From assembly GCF_004010195.1 (NCBI RefSeq), contig NC_057758.1, forward strand, positions 3,634,850 through 3,675,298: a DNA stretch of 40,449 nt, read 5' to 3'. Below, piece by piece: positions 1 through 13,255 of the stretch. The stretch is from Chiloscyllium plagiosum. Taxonomy: Eukaryota. How positions within the stretch are numbered: the stretch's first letter is position 1; each line of letters starts with the position of its first letter. The notes under the pieces are model-generated. The model worked only from the letters and a program-made list of their open reading frames with translations, made no database searches and was not told the DNA's origin. Position numbers and translations under genes: made by a program.

Positions 1-190
1 TTCTGTTGGCACAGATTCTATGCTCCTGTGAGTGTATGGTGTGGAATGTCAATCATTGAGCAGCTTAAGGCAGGAATCGATGGGTTTCAGAAGAGTATAT
101 TCACAAGGGTTATAAGAGTGAACTGTAATAGCTTGTCAAATTATGTCAATGTGAGAAATATCAGAAAACACGTGCAGCTTCCTTACAGTT

Positions 191-444
191 TATAGCTTTA
201 AATTAAGGGGGGTAGATATAGGACTGAATTTAGGGGTAGGTTCTTCACTCAGCGAGTCGTAAGTTCATGGAATGCCCTGCCAGTAGCAGTGGTGGACTCT
301 CCCTCTTTATGGGCATTTAAGCGGGCATTGGATAGGTATATGGAGGATAGTGGGTTAGGATAGGTTAGGTGGGCTTGGATCGGCGCAACATCGAGGGCCA
401 AAGGGCCTGTACTGCGCTGTATTCTTCTATGTTCTATGTTCTAT
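191..444 (+). mobile_element. CR1-clade LINE, 5'-truncated 3' end
   Basis: ORF2 C-terminal signature (ttcttcactcagcgagtcgtaagttcatggaatgccctgcca = FFTQRVVSSWNALP), 3' UTR gagggccaaagggcctgtactgcgctgt and a (TTCTATG)n tail. Confidence 0.88.
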
Positions 445-579
445 AACATTAATTCAGCTACATTTGCAATATTATGCACAATTCTGGTATCACTAATTTC
501 GGAAAGGGTTGTGAAACTTGAAAGGGTTCAGAAAATAATTGCAAGGTGTTTTCAGGCTTGAGCTTTTGGAAGAGATTGA

Positions 580-2240
580 ATATTATTTTTCATCACTATT
601 TTAAAACTAATACTATTATGGTCGCTGGCCCTAAAGTGCTCCACCTCAGTCACCTGCTCTACCTTATTTCCCAAGAGGAGATAAAGCCATCCAACTTCTC
701 GAGGAGGTGCATCCACATACTGAAACAGAACATATTCTTGCACACTCTTAACAAATTCATCTCCATCGAAACCCTTAGCACGATGGTAATTCCAGTTTAT
801 GTTTGGCAATTTAAATTTCCTTGCATATCTACTTTATTATTATTACAGATGACTGACATCTCCATACAAATTTGTTCTGAATTTTCCTTTGACTATTAGG
901 GCGTCTATAATACAATCCAAATAAAGAGATCTTTCCTTTCCTATTTCTCAGTTCCAACCAAATAGCTTCACTGGAGGTATTTCCCTTAATATCCACAATC
1001 AGTTCAGCTGTAAAGCTAACCATTATCAGATCTCCACTCCACTCCTCTCTTATTTCCTTTTCTAACATTCTTGTAGATTATGTATCCTGAAACATTAATT
1101 TGCCAGTTATGTCCATCCCTGAGCCATGTTTCTGTAACTGTTACGATATCCAAGTCCCATGATCTTCATCATGCCCTGAGTTCATCTGCCTTCCCTGTAA
1201 GGCATCATGCAATGAAAGAAAAGCAGTTTAATTTATCAGTCCTAGCTTGTTCCCTGCTTTGTCCCTGCCTGCCCTGATTGTTCGACTCACCTTTGTTCTC
1301 AACTGTATCAGTCTCAAATTGATCTCTTTCATCAATATCTGCATGAGTCCCAATCCCACCACGATACTAACTTCAATCCTACCGAACTGCTCGAGCAAAT
1401 CTCCCTGCCATTATATCAATCAACTTCCAATTTAGGTGCAATCCGTCCTTCTTGACAAGACCACTTCTGCACCAAAACAGCTTCCAATGAGCCAAACATG
1501 TGAATCATTATCTCATACACCAGCTCCTCGGCCGTGCATTCTTCTGCTATATCCTCCTTTCCTTCCGTCACTAGCTCGTAGCACTGGGAGTAGTCCAGAT
1601 ATTACTACTCTCGAGAAACTCTTTTTTAAAAAAATATCCTGCCTAACTATCTTCAATCTCCCTCCAGAATCTCAACATTTTCCCTTCCTGTGTCATTGGT
1701 TCCAATGTGTACAATGATTTCCTGTTGGCCCCTCTTCCCCAATAGAATATTCTGAACTCTCTCTCTGAAACATTCTTGATCCTGGCACAAGTGAAGCAAA
1801 AGCCCATTCTGATTTTTCGCCGCTGCCCACAGAAACGTTCGTGTGTACCTCGGATTAGAAAGTCCCTGAACACAATCGATTGCTTGCATCACGAAGTCCC
1901 TCTCATTTTATTAGAGCCAGTCTCAATTCCAGAAATTAGGCTATTCGTGCTACGTTCTCCTGCGAATCCATCACCCCCGACATTTTCCAAAAAGGTATAC
2001 GTTTTAGAAATATGAAGGCTCCTACTCTACCTGCCTACCTCTACTACCTTTCCTAGAGTTAACCTATCTATGTGACTGTATCTGAGACTTGCCCAATTCT
2101 ATAACTGCCATTCATCACATACTCTTGCTCTTGTAAATTCCTCATTGCCTCTAACTAACTCTCTAAATGATCCATTCGGTCTGATAAGATTCAAAATCAA
2201 CGACAGTTATTGCAGTTATAATCCACAGTAACCTGTAAAC
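580..2240 (-). mobile_element. Decayed CR1 LINE 5' half: ORF1 (SGNH esterase-type) and ORF2 AP-endonuclease
   Basis: Minus-strand fragments: VHIGTNDTGR and DFLIRGTHERFCG (ORF1 esterase); SSEAIWLELRNRKG..GLYYRRPNS, PNINW..EFVKSVQE..QYVDAP and SDHNSISFKI (endonuclease). Many frameshifts. Confidence 0.88.
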
Positions 2241-4855
2241 ATTTTTGAATCTATCAATTCTACAGACCAAGAAAATAGCACGGTCTTATTCCTCGAAATA
2301 AATCTCTTCTCCAGATTAAATTAATAATAATGCCGTATATATTTTAATTTTAATCAAGAAACTTAGCTCAATAAAGCATATAGTCAAGAAAGAACTCACA
2401 CTATTCAATACTGCAGACTTTCGTAATGGCCACGCTTACAATCGACTTCTCTGTTTCTGTTCTGTAACCTCTGCCAAACAGGTTTCTGCAAGATCAGTTG
2501 AGAATTTCATTGTTTTTTATATTTTCCCAGACGCACTCCGATATCTGGCGATATATAGATTCTGCAGTAAAAGCAGCAACTGCAGACGTTCACTGTTCTG
2601 TCAGTTAGCAATGTTGTTTACTTCCCCCCTCTCTCCTGCACTGACATCGCCATGTGCTTCCTTTGTTGTTGTTCTCCCTTTTAAAAGTGATGTTGTTTTG
2701 ACTTTACTTTTCTCTCCATAGTTCCAAAACAATCCCAAAGCATAGAACACAGGAATGGCTGCACCTGGAATTCGAGGAAATCATATCGAAAGCCGAAAAT
2801 ACATCAAACAAGGAGCATCTGTTACAGCCAGATATTTTTCCCGTTCTCCACTCAAACCTCGGAACCGTTATACTTTTTTTGCCGACATTGTGTAAAAATC
2901 ACCAATTACTTTTGTTTTCGCTTCCCGTGAGGCCATTATTCCATGTTCACCAAAAAGCTTGCTTTCCGACGTCGACCGAACAAGTCCAATAAATGCTGTA
3001 AATGTTCCTCCCATGAGTGGTAAAAATCAGCAAATTTTCAATGTGCACCACATCTGGCAATGACAGATACGGACAGATACGTTTTGACATGTGGACAGAT
3101 AAAGAGGAGGAAAGAAGACATTCAGAAATAGGTGAATACAGGGCGATATAACACAATGATTTCGAAGAACTTGATTAAATATACAATCAGAAAAGTGCAT
3201 GCAGCAGTATGGAAGCATAGAGACTGAGAAACAGAGATAAACAAATACAAAGACACCAAGTGAATCTGAGGGGGAGATAGAAACGTTTCTCTTCAAACAT
3301 GGCATCAAATTAAGCAAATGTGTTTGGAACGAATGCAAAGAAAGGAAATACATTGATTTGCATGATTTGTATATTGTGAATATGTATACCCGCTTAAAAC
3401 AAAAAAGCCGGCCAAAGTGTGATTGAGCATAGGTCCACACGGGTAACAGTTTCGACCCGTGTTGTCCAGAATATGTAAGCATGCCAGATTAAGTTCACTA
3501 ATGATATTAGTGACCAAAAGATTTTTGATGACGAATAGCAACTGCCGCATGGCCACTGTGAGGTCATCTTTTGCTTTCATCCCAGATTTCTATGAAATTC
3601 CAACTTTGTCATCCAATCCCATGTCCCAGAACGCCAGCCATTAAATTTGGATGAATAGTCAAGTGACTACATTAATTGGTTCACCCGTACTCCAAATACA
3701 AGAGGATTTGAATGCAGCTGTTTCAAAATTAAACTTGGTCACTTCCTGAAGAGTAATCATATTTTATCTGTTTTAACTGCTCCAAGAAAGTTGCACTGCA
3801 CTTGGGAAACTTGATGAAACGGAAATGTGGAAGGAATTGAGTTTTCAACAATTAACACTTTCCAGCTTCACTGTAAATCAAATTAGCATGGCTATTAAAA
3901 GAGAGCAGGAGGTTTGGAGACAAACAGACAGGAGAGAAAAAGAAACAGTCCTCTACAGTCATTGAGCTGCAGATAATGTTGTTTGGTAAAGAATTGTCGT
4001 CAGATCTGAGAGACCAACTAATCCTGTTTTTCTGAATACGCTCCTCATTTTACCGGTAATTGCAAGAAGGCCTTCATCTATTTTGCTGTAAGTCTTCATA
4101 CAGGACGTTTCAATTTTACTGAAACATTTTGTCATTCCTGTGAATATCTAAATGAAGCATTATGTGCACCCGGTTTTCTTTACTCGCTATGTCAATCATG
4201 CTGTATATTAACCGTTCAGTTTCTATGATGCCGATTACAATCATGCCAGATCTTTAATCAATTCGATATTGTGTTGCATGGAATAATTTAAAAGATAAGG
4301 TGATTCCATGATCACTGTCAATGAATTATTCCAGAAGGGCAAACAACAATTCTGAATTACATTTACTCAGCAGCTGTTACTCCAACTTTGGTTCTGGTAC
4401 TTTAAGTTTCGTGGGCATTTGGTGAGCCATTTAATTATGAGGTGTCGCTCAGATTATATGTTCAAAGATATATTAGATAAATTCTCTTCTGCTTTCAACT
4501 AAGAAGCCAAATTGATTTATTCAATTATCTCCAGGGATCTTTTCCGAAACTGTCCATTATTTCTGTGCCATGAAATCCAAAGCGCTACAGAGATATAGCA
4601 GATCCGATTCAAAAATCTACACTGAGAGTTTCAGTTGGTGTCCACTGGAGGATGCTGACACATCCAAGAATAGACAGTAATTCGGTCGTGAAAGAGAGAT
4701 TTACAGGTTTATCAGTAAAATATCAAAGCAGCACATAAAGCGTAATGCATACATTTAAGACCAAATGAGAAATACATTCGTCCATTTTATATTAACATAA
4801 ATTATATTTATCAACCTATTTGTGGTGCATTACTGGACAGTTTGACTTCTGATGA

Positions 4856-5515
4856 TCTTCCTCCAACCGTCGTGTTGCTGTGGTCTGGCGATGGAGGAGT
4901 CCAAGGACCTGCATGCCCTTGGTGGAGTGGGAGGGGGAGTTGACGTTTTGAGCCACGGGGTGGTTGGGTTGGTTGGTCCGGGTGTCGCAGATGTGTTCTC
5001 TGAAATGTTCCGGACGTGGCCGGCCTATCTCCCCAATATATAGGAGGCCACATCGGATGCTTGCCGACTTGCCTACTTGGCTACATGCAGGTCCTTGGAC
5101 TCCTCCATCGCCAGACCATAGCAACACGATGGTTGGAGGAAGAGCACCTCATCTTCCGCCTAAGAACCCTCCAACCACAACGGATGAACTCAGATTTCTC
5201 CATTTTCCTCATTTTCCCTCCCCCGACCTTGTCTCAGAAAAAATCCCTCGAACTCAGCACCGCCTTCCTAACCTGCAATCTTCTTCCTGACCTCTCCGCC
5301 CCCACCCCCACTCCGGCCTATCACTCTCACCTTGACCTCATTCCACCTATCGCATTTCCAACGCCCCTCCCCCAAGTCCCTCCTCTCTACCTTTTATCTC
5401 AGCCTGCTGGACACACTTTCCTCATTCCTGAAGAAGGGCTTATGCCCTAAACGTCGATTCTCCTGCTCCTTTATGCTGCCTGACCTGCTGCGCATTTCAA
5501 ACAACACATTTTCAA
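4856..5515. mobile_element. Penelope-like element (GIY-YIG) in inverted two-part arrangement
   Basis: 4856-5058 on the - strand encodes RCGLLYIGEIGR..EHFREH..HPVAQ..MQVLGLLH. 5084-5515 on the + strand encodes MQVLGLLHRQ..LEEEHLIFRLRTLQP, then the C-rich 3' region and a hammerhead-like motif. Confidence 0.88.
5424..5460 (+). ncRNA. Minimal hammerhead ribozyme-like motif (mutated) in the Penelope-like element
   Basis: CTGAAGA-a-GGGC ttat GCCC-tAAA-CGTC. The conserved GAAA box reads TAAA, so it is probably inactive. Confidence 0.55.
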
Positions 5516-6335
5516 CCATTATCAACTGGGCCAATGGACTGAGGAATGGATGATGGAGGTAAATTTAGATAAAGCAAAATATTTCATTTTTTTTGTTTAA
5601 ACCACGGCTTACCTAGACAGTAAATGGTAGGCATTGGGTAGCGTTATGGAACAAAGAGACCTAAGAGTCCTGATATGTAGTTCCTTGGAAGTGGAATCAA
5701 ATGTAGACAAGCTGGTGAAAAAGATTTTCCGTATGCGAGCATTCATTGGTCAGAGTATTTAGTTCAGAAGATGGAAAGTCTTGCAGCTGAGAAAGACGTT
5801 TGTGAAGCCACATTTTGAAATCCAGGTGCAGATCTGGTGGCCCCACTATAGAAGCAATATTGTTAAACTCGAAAGTATTTGGGAAATACCTGAACTGAAA
5901 GATTCATTTTCTAAGAAGAGATGAGATCGGCAGGACCTTTTTATCTCCTGAAGCAGACGAGGCGGAGGGGTGACCTTGTAGACATCTGTAAAATCATGAG
6001 AAGCAGATCTTTATGAGATAGTCAACAGCTTTTCCCCATGGTAAGGGAGTCTCAAACTGGATAGATTTAAGGTGAGTGACGACAAATACAAAAGGGTCCA
6101 TAGAGGCTTTTGTTTACCTCACAGGTAATGGTGAGTGCCCTAACAGCCTGCCAGAGGTAGCAGTGGGACTGAATATAATTTTGTAATTTAAGAAACATTT
6201 AGAGAGGTGCGTGACTGGGACATTTGTGGAGGGGTATGGAACAACCGTGGGTAATGAGAACCAGTTTAATTGCCTTGGTCAGTTGCACCGAATGGCTTGT
6301 TTCCATGCCGTTGATCTCTAGCACTCTATGTGATG
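5516..6335 (+). mobile_element. Decayed CR1 LINE ORF2 3' part and tail
   Basis: Recognisable CR1 segments (gaacaaagagacctaagagt, gtgcagatctggtggccccactatagaa, gatttaaggtgag) and the tail gaatggcttgtttccatg..ctctatg. Confidence 0.75.
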
Positions 6336-7496
6336 ATGTTGTCGGTAGACAGTCATGCTTACAGAATGCTATGTCACCGAAAATGACCAACTGTTACTTG
6401 ATTAGTCTGTGAGAAATGTGTCTCAGTTCAGTTTTATATAATCTACAACAAGGTGCTAACATCAGTTTATTTCTTCGATGCATATCAATAAACTAACCGT
6501 CATTGTTTCTCAGTTAAAACTAATTGAAGTTAACAATAATTAAATTAGCAGAATAAGCATTCAATTGTTACACATTATAGTTACCAAAGTAAGCAGCTGA
6601 TTTATGTTCATAACTGTGAACACACCATCTCGCAGTCTGCAAATCTATTGAAAATGGCTTTTTAAAACGCCTGAATTCAGAGACAGTGCTACCGAATTTC
6701 ACTATTACTTCCAGAACATTGACCATCTCTTATATCTGTCTAGAGAGCTGGACCGAGACAGTTATCCACACAACAGCTCGCGACATACCAGTTTGAGACG
6801 TGCCTGAAAAACAAGGAAATACATGGTGCAGTTCTCAGTGCTAGTCCAAATATAATTTAACATTAATAAAAATGAGGTGTGAGCAACCATGGATCGCAAA
6901 TTCATCTATGTGAATGACTTCTGGTGAATGACCTAAACTGTGTTATTCTATAACTTTGCTCCAATGCTGAATGGAAGTGTTATAAAGATGATTGACTCGA
7001 GCAGCACATTGCGCTCTATATTGAATCCCTCAACTGTTACGGCCAGAATGCAGTGAAAATAGTGCAGACATCACAATAGGGTATTCGACCAGATGAGTCA
7101 GGTTATTGCATCCAAGATCAAATTATAAAGTGTAAAGGCTTCGAAAATGTACAATTATTTTCATTTGTATGTATATTGTTTGCTAATATGCACTCACAAT
7201 TATTGTCATATCAGGAACTTAACTGTGTCTGAATATTCTACAGTCCAGATTCGCGTATATTTTCATTGCTTGTATATTAAAATGTGTGGCGTAGTGCATG
7301 GGAATGTCAGTATCCATTGGGTGGTCGAAAAGTAGGCCATGCCTCTGAAAGACTGACAGATTGTTTCAAACAGCACATCCCTTCCACAGCATATGGCAAG
7401 CAAACTACTAAATGGACCAAACGAACCTGCACTGACAAAACTCAAAACTGAGTGTCCAACATTGGTCATGTTTGGACAATGTTTATGACCTTAATT

Positions 7497-7850
7497 TATT
7501 GATGGGAAGCTGGCATCGCTCGTAAGGCATTATACATTGCCATTCCCTCGTTTCCCTTGCGAAAGTGTTAGTGAGATGACTTCTTGAACAGTTGTTTTCC
7601 GTTTTCGATAAGAATACTTACAATGTGATCACGGAGAATCGTAAAACATTGGCACTGAATGAACGCAGACATATTTACAAATAGTGCTGGTGAACGACTT
7701 TTGAAAAGAACTTGCACATGCTGCTATCTGCCAACCTTGTCATCTCGATGCCCATCAAGGTGAGAGGCGCTGTGTGTGGAGTCTTGGTGAGTTTCTGCAG
7801 GACACCATGCACCTTGTTGCTTCTGAACGTCGGTGGATGACGGTTATCTG
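7497..7850 (-). mobile_element. Old LINE 3' fragment, CR1/L2 group (duplicate at about 32700-33055)
   Basis: Resembles the reverse complement of a LINE 3' end I recall from shark genomes (cattgccattccct..cccttg..gtgag..cttcttgaac; cttggtgagtttctgcag). Highly decayed. Confidence 0.4.
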
Positions 7851-7859
7851 TTCTCTCCA

Positions 7860-9670
7860 GACAAATGGGACAGATATAGAAAAAGGGCAGATGCAGAATA
7901 ATTCTCACACTGCGTTGCCCCATCATCTCTCCACAACACGGACAGAATGAGTTTCAAGACAGAATAAAGGTAGGCTTCCATTAGTCTTTTCTAAATTCTA
8001 GGCCATATTCAGCATGACCTAAGATATTCAATACATCTTGCACACAATTGCAAATGCAATCGCTGATGTTGAAATACAGGACGGAGGTAGGTACAAGTTA
8101 AAGATTCCACTACGGTAGCAACTTCCAAATGTGCATGCCACATTCAACATGATGTAACTTATTATCTAAATCAGAATTACTGTGACTGCACAACACACTC
8201 ACAGGACAGGTAAACAATGGGATAAGATACAATGGAAGCAACATCTAACCTGTCCTGCATCAAAAGATTCCAGTCGAAGTTAATCACAGCTTCAGACTCA
8301 GATCAATACTCACTCCTGCGCTGTCCTCAGCGAAAAATGAAGGATAGTTATAACATGAGTTAAATACAGAATAATACTCATTTTATAATGTTACCATCAA
8401 ACAGCCTTAGGGCAGGTACAGAAACGGTTAGAAACAAGTTAACTTTGCATCTACACTGTTGTCTACCAAACAGTGCCAAATCAGTGACAGCACACAATTA
8501 ATTACGAATTAAATCTCCTTCCCTTTTAAAGTAATACTAAATGGAAAATAAGCCGTCTTTATCATTGTGACCATGAAACACTCCAGAATAGGTACACTGC
8601 AGGTTTAGATGCAGCATAAAGCTATTTCTGCACTCGCACCTTTCAAGATCCCAGGCTATGTTCAATACTAAATTAAATAATCATTGAATTACACCACACA
8701 CTGTCACAGTCAAACATTACCAATTCATCTCTTTGTACACTTTCAAAATAAAACTAAAATTCCTTTAACATTTTCCGAGCTAAACTCTCCCACGGTAGAC
8801 ACAGAAAGTAATTAGATATTGTGTGATGACTGTTCTCTTACTTGAAACTGGACATAAAATTAAGTTCAATAAAACAAAGAAAGAACCTCAGATGCTCTTA
8901 GTCAGACACAAAAATAAAGATTGCTGGAAAAACTCGGCAGATCTGGATGTATATGTTGTGAGAAACCAGATTTAAAGTTTTGGATCTGGTGACCCTTCTT
9001 TCAGATCTTTAAATTTGCCTTCTCGCCACAGATGCTGAAAGACTGCTCTGGACTGTCCCCATCAAATATTCCAGGAACAGCCCTTCAGTATTTTGCATTA
9101 CGAGTAAAGTTCATTCAATGCAGGCACTTCTCAAATAATAAGGCCATGTTCAGTATGGGGTTCGGTATTGATTAAATCACTGCCACGTTTTTCCTGAAAA
9201 CAGTCCCATGACAACATGGGGTTTGAACCAGAATGTCACACTTATCAAACTTGCAGCCCACGTAAAACATGGCTTATATTCTCAGTAAATCACTCCACAC
9301 CTGTCCAGCAGAATAATTGAAGGATACAAATAACACAGTTTTAGATACAGATTAATACATTCCTCCATTCTGTCCCCATTAAAAAAAATCTGATGGCAGG
9401 AATGGATAAGCTTAATTCCCAATTGAATTTTAATCTTCACTGGCCGTTGCCAAATAGAACACGTTCAGCGTGGTTAGATATTAATGAAGATGCTCCCCAC
9501 ATTGTCCTCCTCAAAAAAATCTCAGAACAGAGACAGCACCGGTTTAGAGACAGAGTTACAGATATAAAGCGAACATTCCTCTGCACCGTGCCCATCAAAC
9601 ACTATCAGGAAACGGATAGGACGTGGTGAGATACAGTAAAAACGAGCATCTCACTGCCTCCAGTGAAAGA
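7860..9670. repeat. Degenerate ~70-bp tandem satellite (duplicate at about 33070-34880)
   Basis: Recurring variants of CAGGACAGGTACAGCAxxGGTTAGATACAGAxTAAAGCTCCCTCTACACTGTCCCCATCAAACACTC, e.g. near 8200, 8400, 8580, 9050, 9340 and 9580. Confidence 0.75.
8880..9048. mobile_element. Short Penelope-derived non-autonomous repeat with decayed hammerhead-like motif (duplicate at about 34095-34260)
   Basis: gctggaaaaactcggcagatctgg..gtgacccttctttcaga..cacagatgctg. The - strand reads ctgaaagaagggtcaccagatccaaaac. Confidence 0.5.
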
Positions 9671-9849
9671 CTAAAGGATCTGACTTGGAAAAATATTAGG
9701 TCCAGTTTCATAGATCAATGCATTACTGTGGTTTTCACGATTACTATTTTATTTTTAAAAAATCCGTAATTCACAGACATAAAAAATTCGAATCCATACA
9801 TAGTCACAAAAGCAGTTCAGTTCTGTATTGTGACATATCAAGGAAGCAA

Positions 9850-9978
9850 GAGAAAGTGAGGACTGCAGATGCTGCAGATCAGATTGAAAGTGTGTGGTGT
9901 TGGGAAAGCTAATCAAGTGGCGACCAGGGAGCAAGAGATCAACGTTTTGAACACACGCTCTTCATCATGGATGAGGCT
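9850..9978 (-). mobile_element. Penelope-derived short repeat with decayed hammerhead-like motif (duplicate at about 35060-35190)
   Basis: Same family as 17680-17891 and 20250-20378. The - strand reads atgatgaagagcgtgtgttcaaaacgttga. Confidence 0.6.
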
Positions 9979-10099
9979 TTCAGGGAAGCAAACGAAATTT
10001 GAAGTTTGAATGCACCGAAGAAAGGGCATCACAGACTCATGCAAATGTATATTTGGATACTACAGGAGTCTGACGACTGAACACACCTCAATTTACTCG

Positions 10100-10600
10100 G
10101 CAGAAAGAGCTCAGGTAGTGGTCTTTTCCAACTGTGCCTAGTGGCAGCTATCCCGATCTTTAGTGTGTCCCGCAGCACGTACTCCTGGACGTGAAAATGA
10201 GCCAATCTGCAACACTCTGTGGAGTTCAACTCCTTGTTCTGGAAGACGAACAACTTTCGGGCAGAACAAAGACCGTCGGTCACCGAGTTGTTAGTCCTCC
10301 AGACGGAGCTGTCTCCGTGTGCCCATTGGAGAACACAGACCTGTCTCAAAGTGCTGCTCTGGACATACCGCGAGAAAGAAATTAACACTGCGTCTGCGTC
10401 TTACTCCAGACTTCCTTTGCAGACGCACTTTCCATCAGGAGATGTGAGACAAAATCTACCCTCTTGCAATTATTTCGAGGGCAACGTGCGGTGGTGCACA
10501 CCGACCAGATGCACATCAGGAATTTCACAGGTTTGGTTCAGAGCTTCTAACAACCAGACAAGCGATGTCTTGGTGCTCCTCCAGCTGGACAGGTATTTCG
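10100..10600 (-). mobile_element. Tx1-like (L1 clade) retrotransposon ORF2 C-terminus, decayed
   Basis: Minus-strand fragments HQDIA, CTTARCPRNNCK..VSHLL (zinc-knuckle region) and WRTNNSVTDGLCSARKLFVFQNKELNSTECCRLAHFHVQEYVLRDTLKIG. Confidence 0.8.
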
Positions 10601-12009
10601 TCTCGGAATACTAGTCTGATCGACATAATGCTCCAAAATTAATATATATCCTGTCGTGTCAAGACGGATTCTGTGAGGTGGATTCAGAATGTGATATAAC
10701 TAACCATTTCATCAGATCTACTTTACTTTATGCTCTCATCCTTCTGAATATCCTCCAACATGTGACTCAACCAGCTTGTCCCATTTCTGTACCCACACAT
10801 TTCAGCATTTTAAAAAGTATAGCAAATGTCTAGTTTTATGTAGAATACTTGCCCTGTATCTTTCCCTGGCTTTAGTGCTGTTCACCCTGAACATCAGGTC
10901 CCACCATTAAGAAGCTCTGAACCAAACAAAAATGTGGCTCGTGCTTTCTATCACTTACAGATGTCCGTGTGGTCCTCAGTGATGGACAAGGGGTTTCAGC
11001 AGCTTTGAGAGACGTATTTGGAACTTCTTCTATGCCTGTTTGCTGCTCGCCTGTATTGGTCGTTCTCTGCTGATCATGTGATCAGTAACATGTGGAATCC
11101 CCTCAATTGTCATTGAATCAGACCATGCTTCGAACTTGTCGATGAATGTTCTGACATCATCCTTGAACTGAAAAGTTAGTGCAGACGTTGTCATTGCGTT
11201 TTAAGTGCTGTGGATATTCAGGAAGACCAGAGGCTATCGTGGCCCACTGTAGAAACATCACGGTGACTGTATTTAAGCATCTGAATCTGCAAAATGAGCA
11301 AATAATGGAGGAGAAGTGGCAGAAAGGGGAATATGTGTAAAATGAATAAGGAGCCTCAATCAGATCAGCCATCATCTAATGAATGGCAGAGCAGAATTGA
11401 AGGCCCACTCTTGCAAGTTATTTAGATACTTCTGTTTATTACAAGCCAATTCCCCTCCTCTCCTCGTGTCGAATACTGGTGCGGAGGAAGTCACCTCCCT
11501 CTCTTCAAACACAAAGTGATCCTGCGGACTTACTTGCCTCCTAAATTTTCTGTGTAACAGACGCGAGTAATTGAATGACTGCTTCGAGTTTCTATGCAAC
11601 AGCTTTGTGAAAAAAGATGCCCAAATCCTTTTCCCGAGGAACAGGCTTGGATAACTATGTGACCTCCTTCTGTTTCTGTGGAATAGAATTGAGGGACTGA
11701 ATGTCCTCTTCACATTTCTTGCAGCTTCTATTAACTGAAATCCTATCTCTTATTTCTGTAAAACATCCTCAATATCGGAATGATAGATTCTTGTTTCTTA
11801 TTTTCTGAGTTGAGCAAACAAACAGGCTGATTGGCTCTGCTGTGATATGATAAAATTCAGAAACTGAATAGCTCTCTCTTTCTATTGTGTACCAGTCTTG
11901 AAAGGCTGATTGGCCTAATTCGGCCCCGGTAACAGTCTCGTGAGGCAGAATGGACTCCTCCTATTACTGTGTTGCTGGCTTGAGAAATTAACTGGTCTCC
12001 TCCAATTGG

Positions 12010-12275
12010 ACCTTCATAGAGATATGAAGCATGGAAATAAAATTCAAAGGAAAAGAAACTCGCTGCTGACCAGACGTCCTAAATTAATCTTGTCCTATTT
12101 GCCAGCATTTGGGCCTTACCTCAAGCGTCCCTGTGTATATTCCCATCCAAATGTCTTTTAAATGTTTTGTTTCGCTCCTTCTCTCTCACATTAAACCTAA
12201 TGCATCTAGTTTTTGACTCCCGTCCCCAGGGGCAAAACATTGAATAGTTACCGTATTTATGCCCTTCACGATTGC
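12010..12275 (-). mobile_element. CR1 LINE 3' fragment (duplicate at about 37330-37590)
   Basis: catagagat.., atttgccagcatttgg, ccatccaaatgtcttttaaatgtt and ttaaacctaatgcatctagtt are the reverse complement of a CR1 3' end. Confidence 0.7.
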
Positions 12276-12419
12276 ACAAATTTGTATAAGGCCAAACATT
12301 AGCCAACGATGCGCCTGGGAAAATAGAGAGGCATACACATCCATTCTTGATAGCTCAAACCCTTCAACCTGTGTAAATCTGGAGAAATGTAGTAAACTCC
12401 CCATGTTCTGCTTACGGAG

Positions 12420-12612
12420 TTTGAGAGGCTAAACACTCCTTCTGTCCCTCTGTAACAGGGTCTCGAGGCTGATGACTTCCTCCACACCCCGTGTAACATG
12501 ATCTTGAAGTTGGTTGGGCTTTTTCGGTCCCTCTGTAACTGGCTGTGGAGGCCGAATCGCCTCCTCCTGCACCACTTTGACACTCTCAAGAGTTCAATGG
12601 CCTCCTCCTTTT
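12420..12612. repeat. Degenerate ~40-bp tandem repeat (GAGGCTGAATGGCCTCCTCCTGTxCCTxTGTAACAG type)
   Basis: Several imperfect units. Related arrays lie at about 11820-11975 and 14280-14430, and at the matching positions in copy B. Confidence 0.55.
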
Positions 12613-12615
12613 TAA

Positions 12616-13255
12616 AGTCGTAGAGTTACACAGCAGGGAAACAGAGCCTTCTGTCCAGCGCGTCGATCCGAATCAAACATCATTAACTACTCTTATCCCT
12701 TTAACCAGCATTTGGCCCTTGCTTCTCTGAATCCATCCAGATGAATTTTAAATTTTGCAACTAAAACAACCGTCACCACTTCGCCTGAAAGCTGTTTTTC
12801 TTTCCTCCGTACACGGGCCACTCTCCATGTGAGAAAGATGCCCTTTTGGTCCCTTTTGCACCTTTCCCCTGTCAGCGTAAACTGAGTTCCTCCATTTCTG
12901 GTCGCCCCTACCCAGGGAAGGATCTTGGCTGATCAACGTATCCATGCTCCTCATGATGTCATGAACCTCTGTAAAGTTACCCCCAGAGTCCCCAAGGGTC
13001 CGACGCTTCAGGGAAATTATACCCAACTTGTTCATCCTCTCCCGATAGCTCAAACAATCCAAACCTGGCATCATTCATGTATTTTTTTCTGAACAGTTTG
13101 AAGCTTAACAATATCTTTCCTATGGAATTAAATGTAGTATTCCAAATGTCGCCTAACCAGTACCCTGCAGTTCCACAAAATGACTTTCTTCTCTGATACT
13201 TAAAACTCTGACCAATGAAAGCAATGTACCAAAAGCCTTCGTCAGTAACCTGTCT
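12616..13255 (-). mobile_element. CR1 LINE ORF2 3' part and tail (duplicate at about 37935-38575)
   Basis: ORF 12748-13074: MMPGLDCLSYRERMNKLGIISLKRRTL..FTEVHDIMRSMD. Confidence 0.8.

Noticed and set aside
7860..9670. CRISPR-like repeat-spacer array
   Set aside because: Units are contiguous and degenerate with no unique spacers, there are no cas genes, and the context is vertebrate.
11157..12161. ORFs of 72-113 aa, some shared between duplicates
   Set aside because: No motif recognised; 11940-12161 runs across a minisatellite and an antisense CR1 tail. Sharing reflects the duplication.
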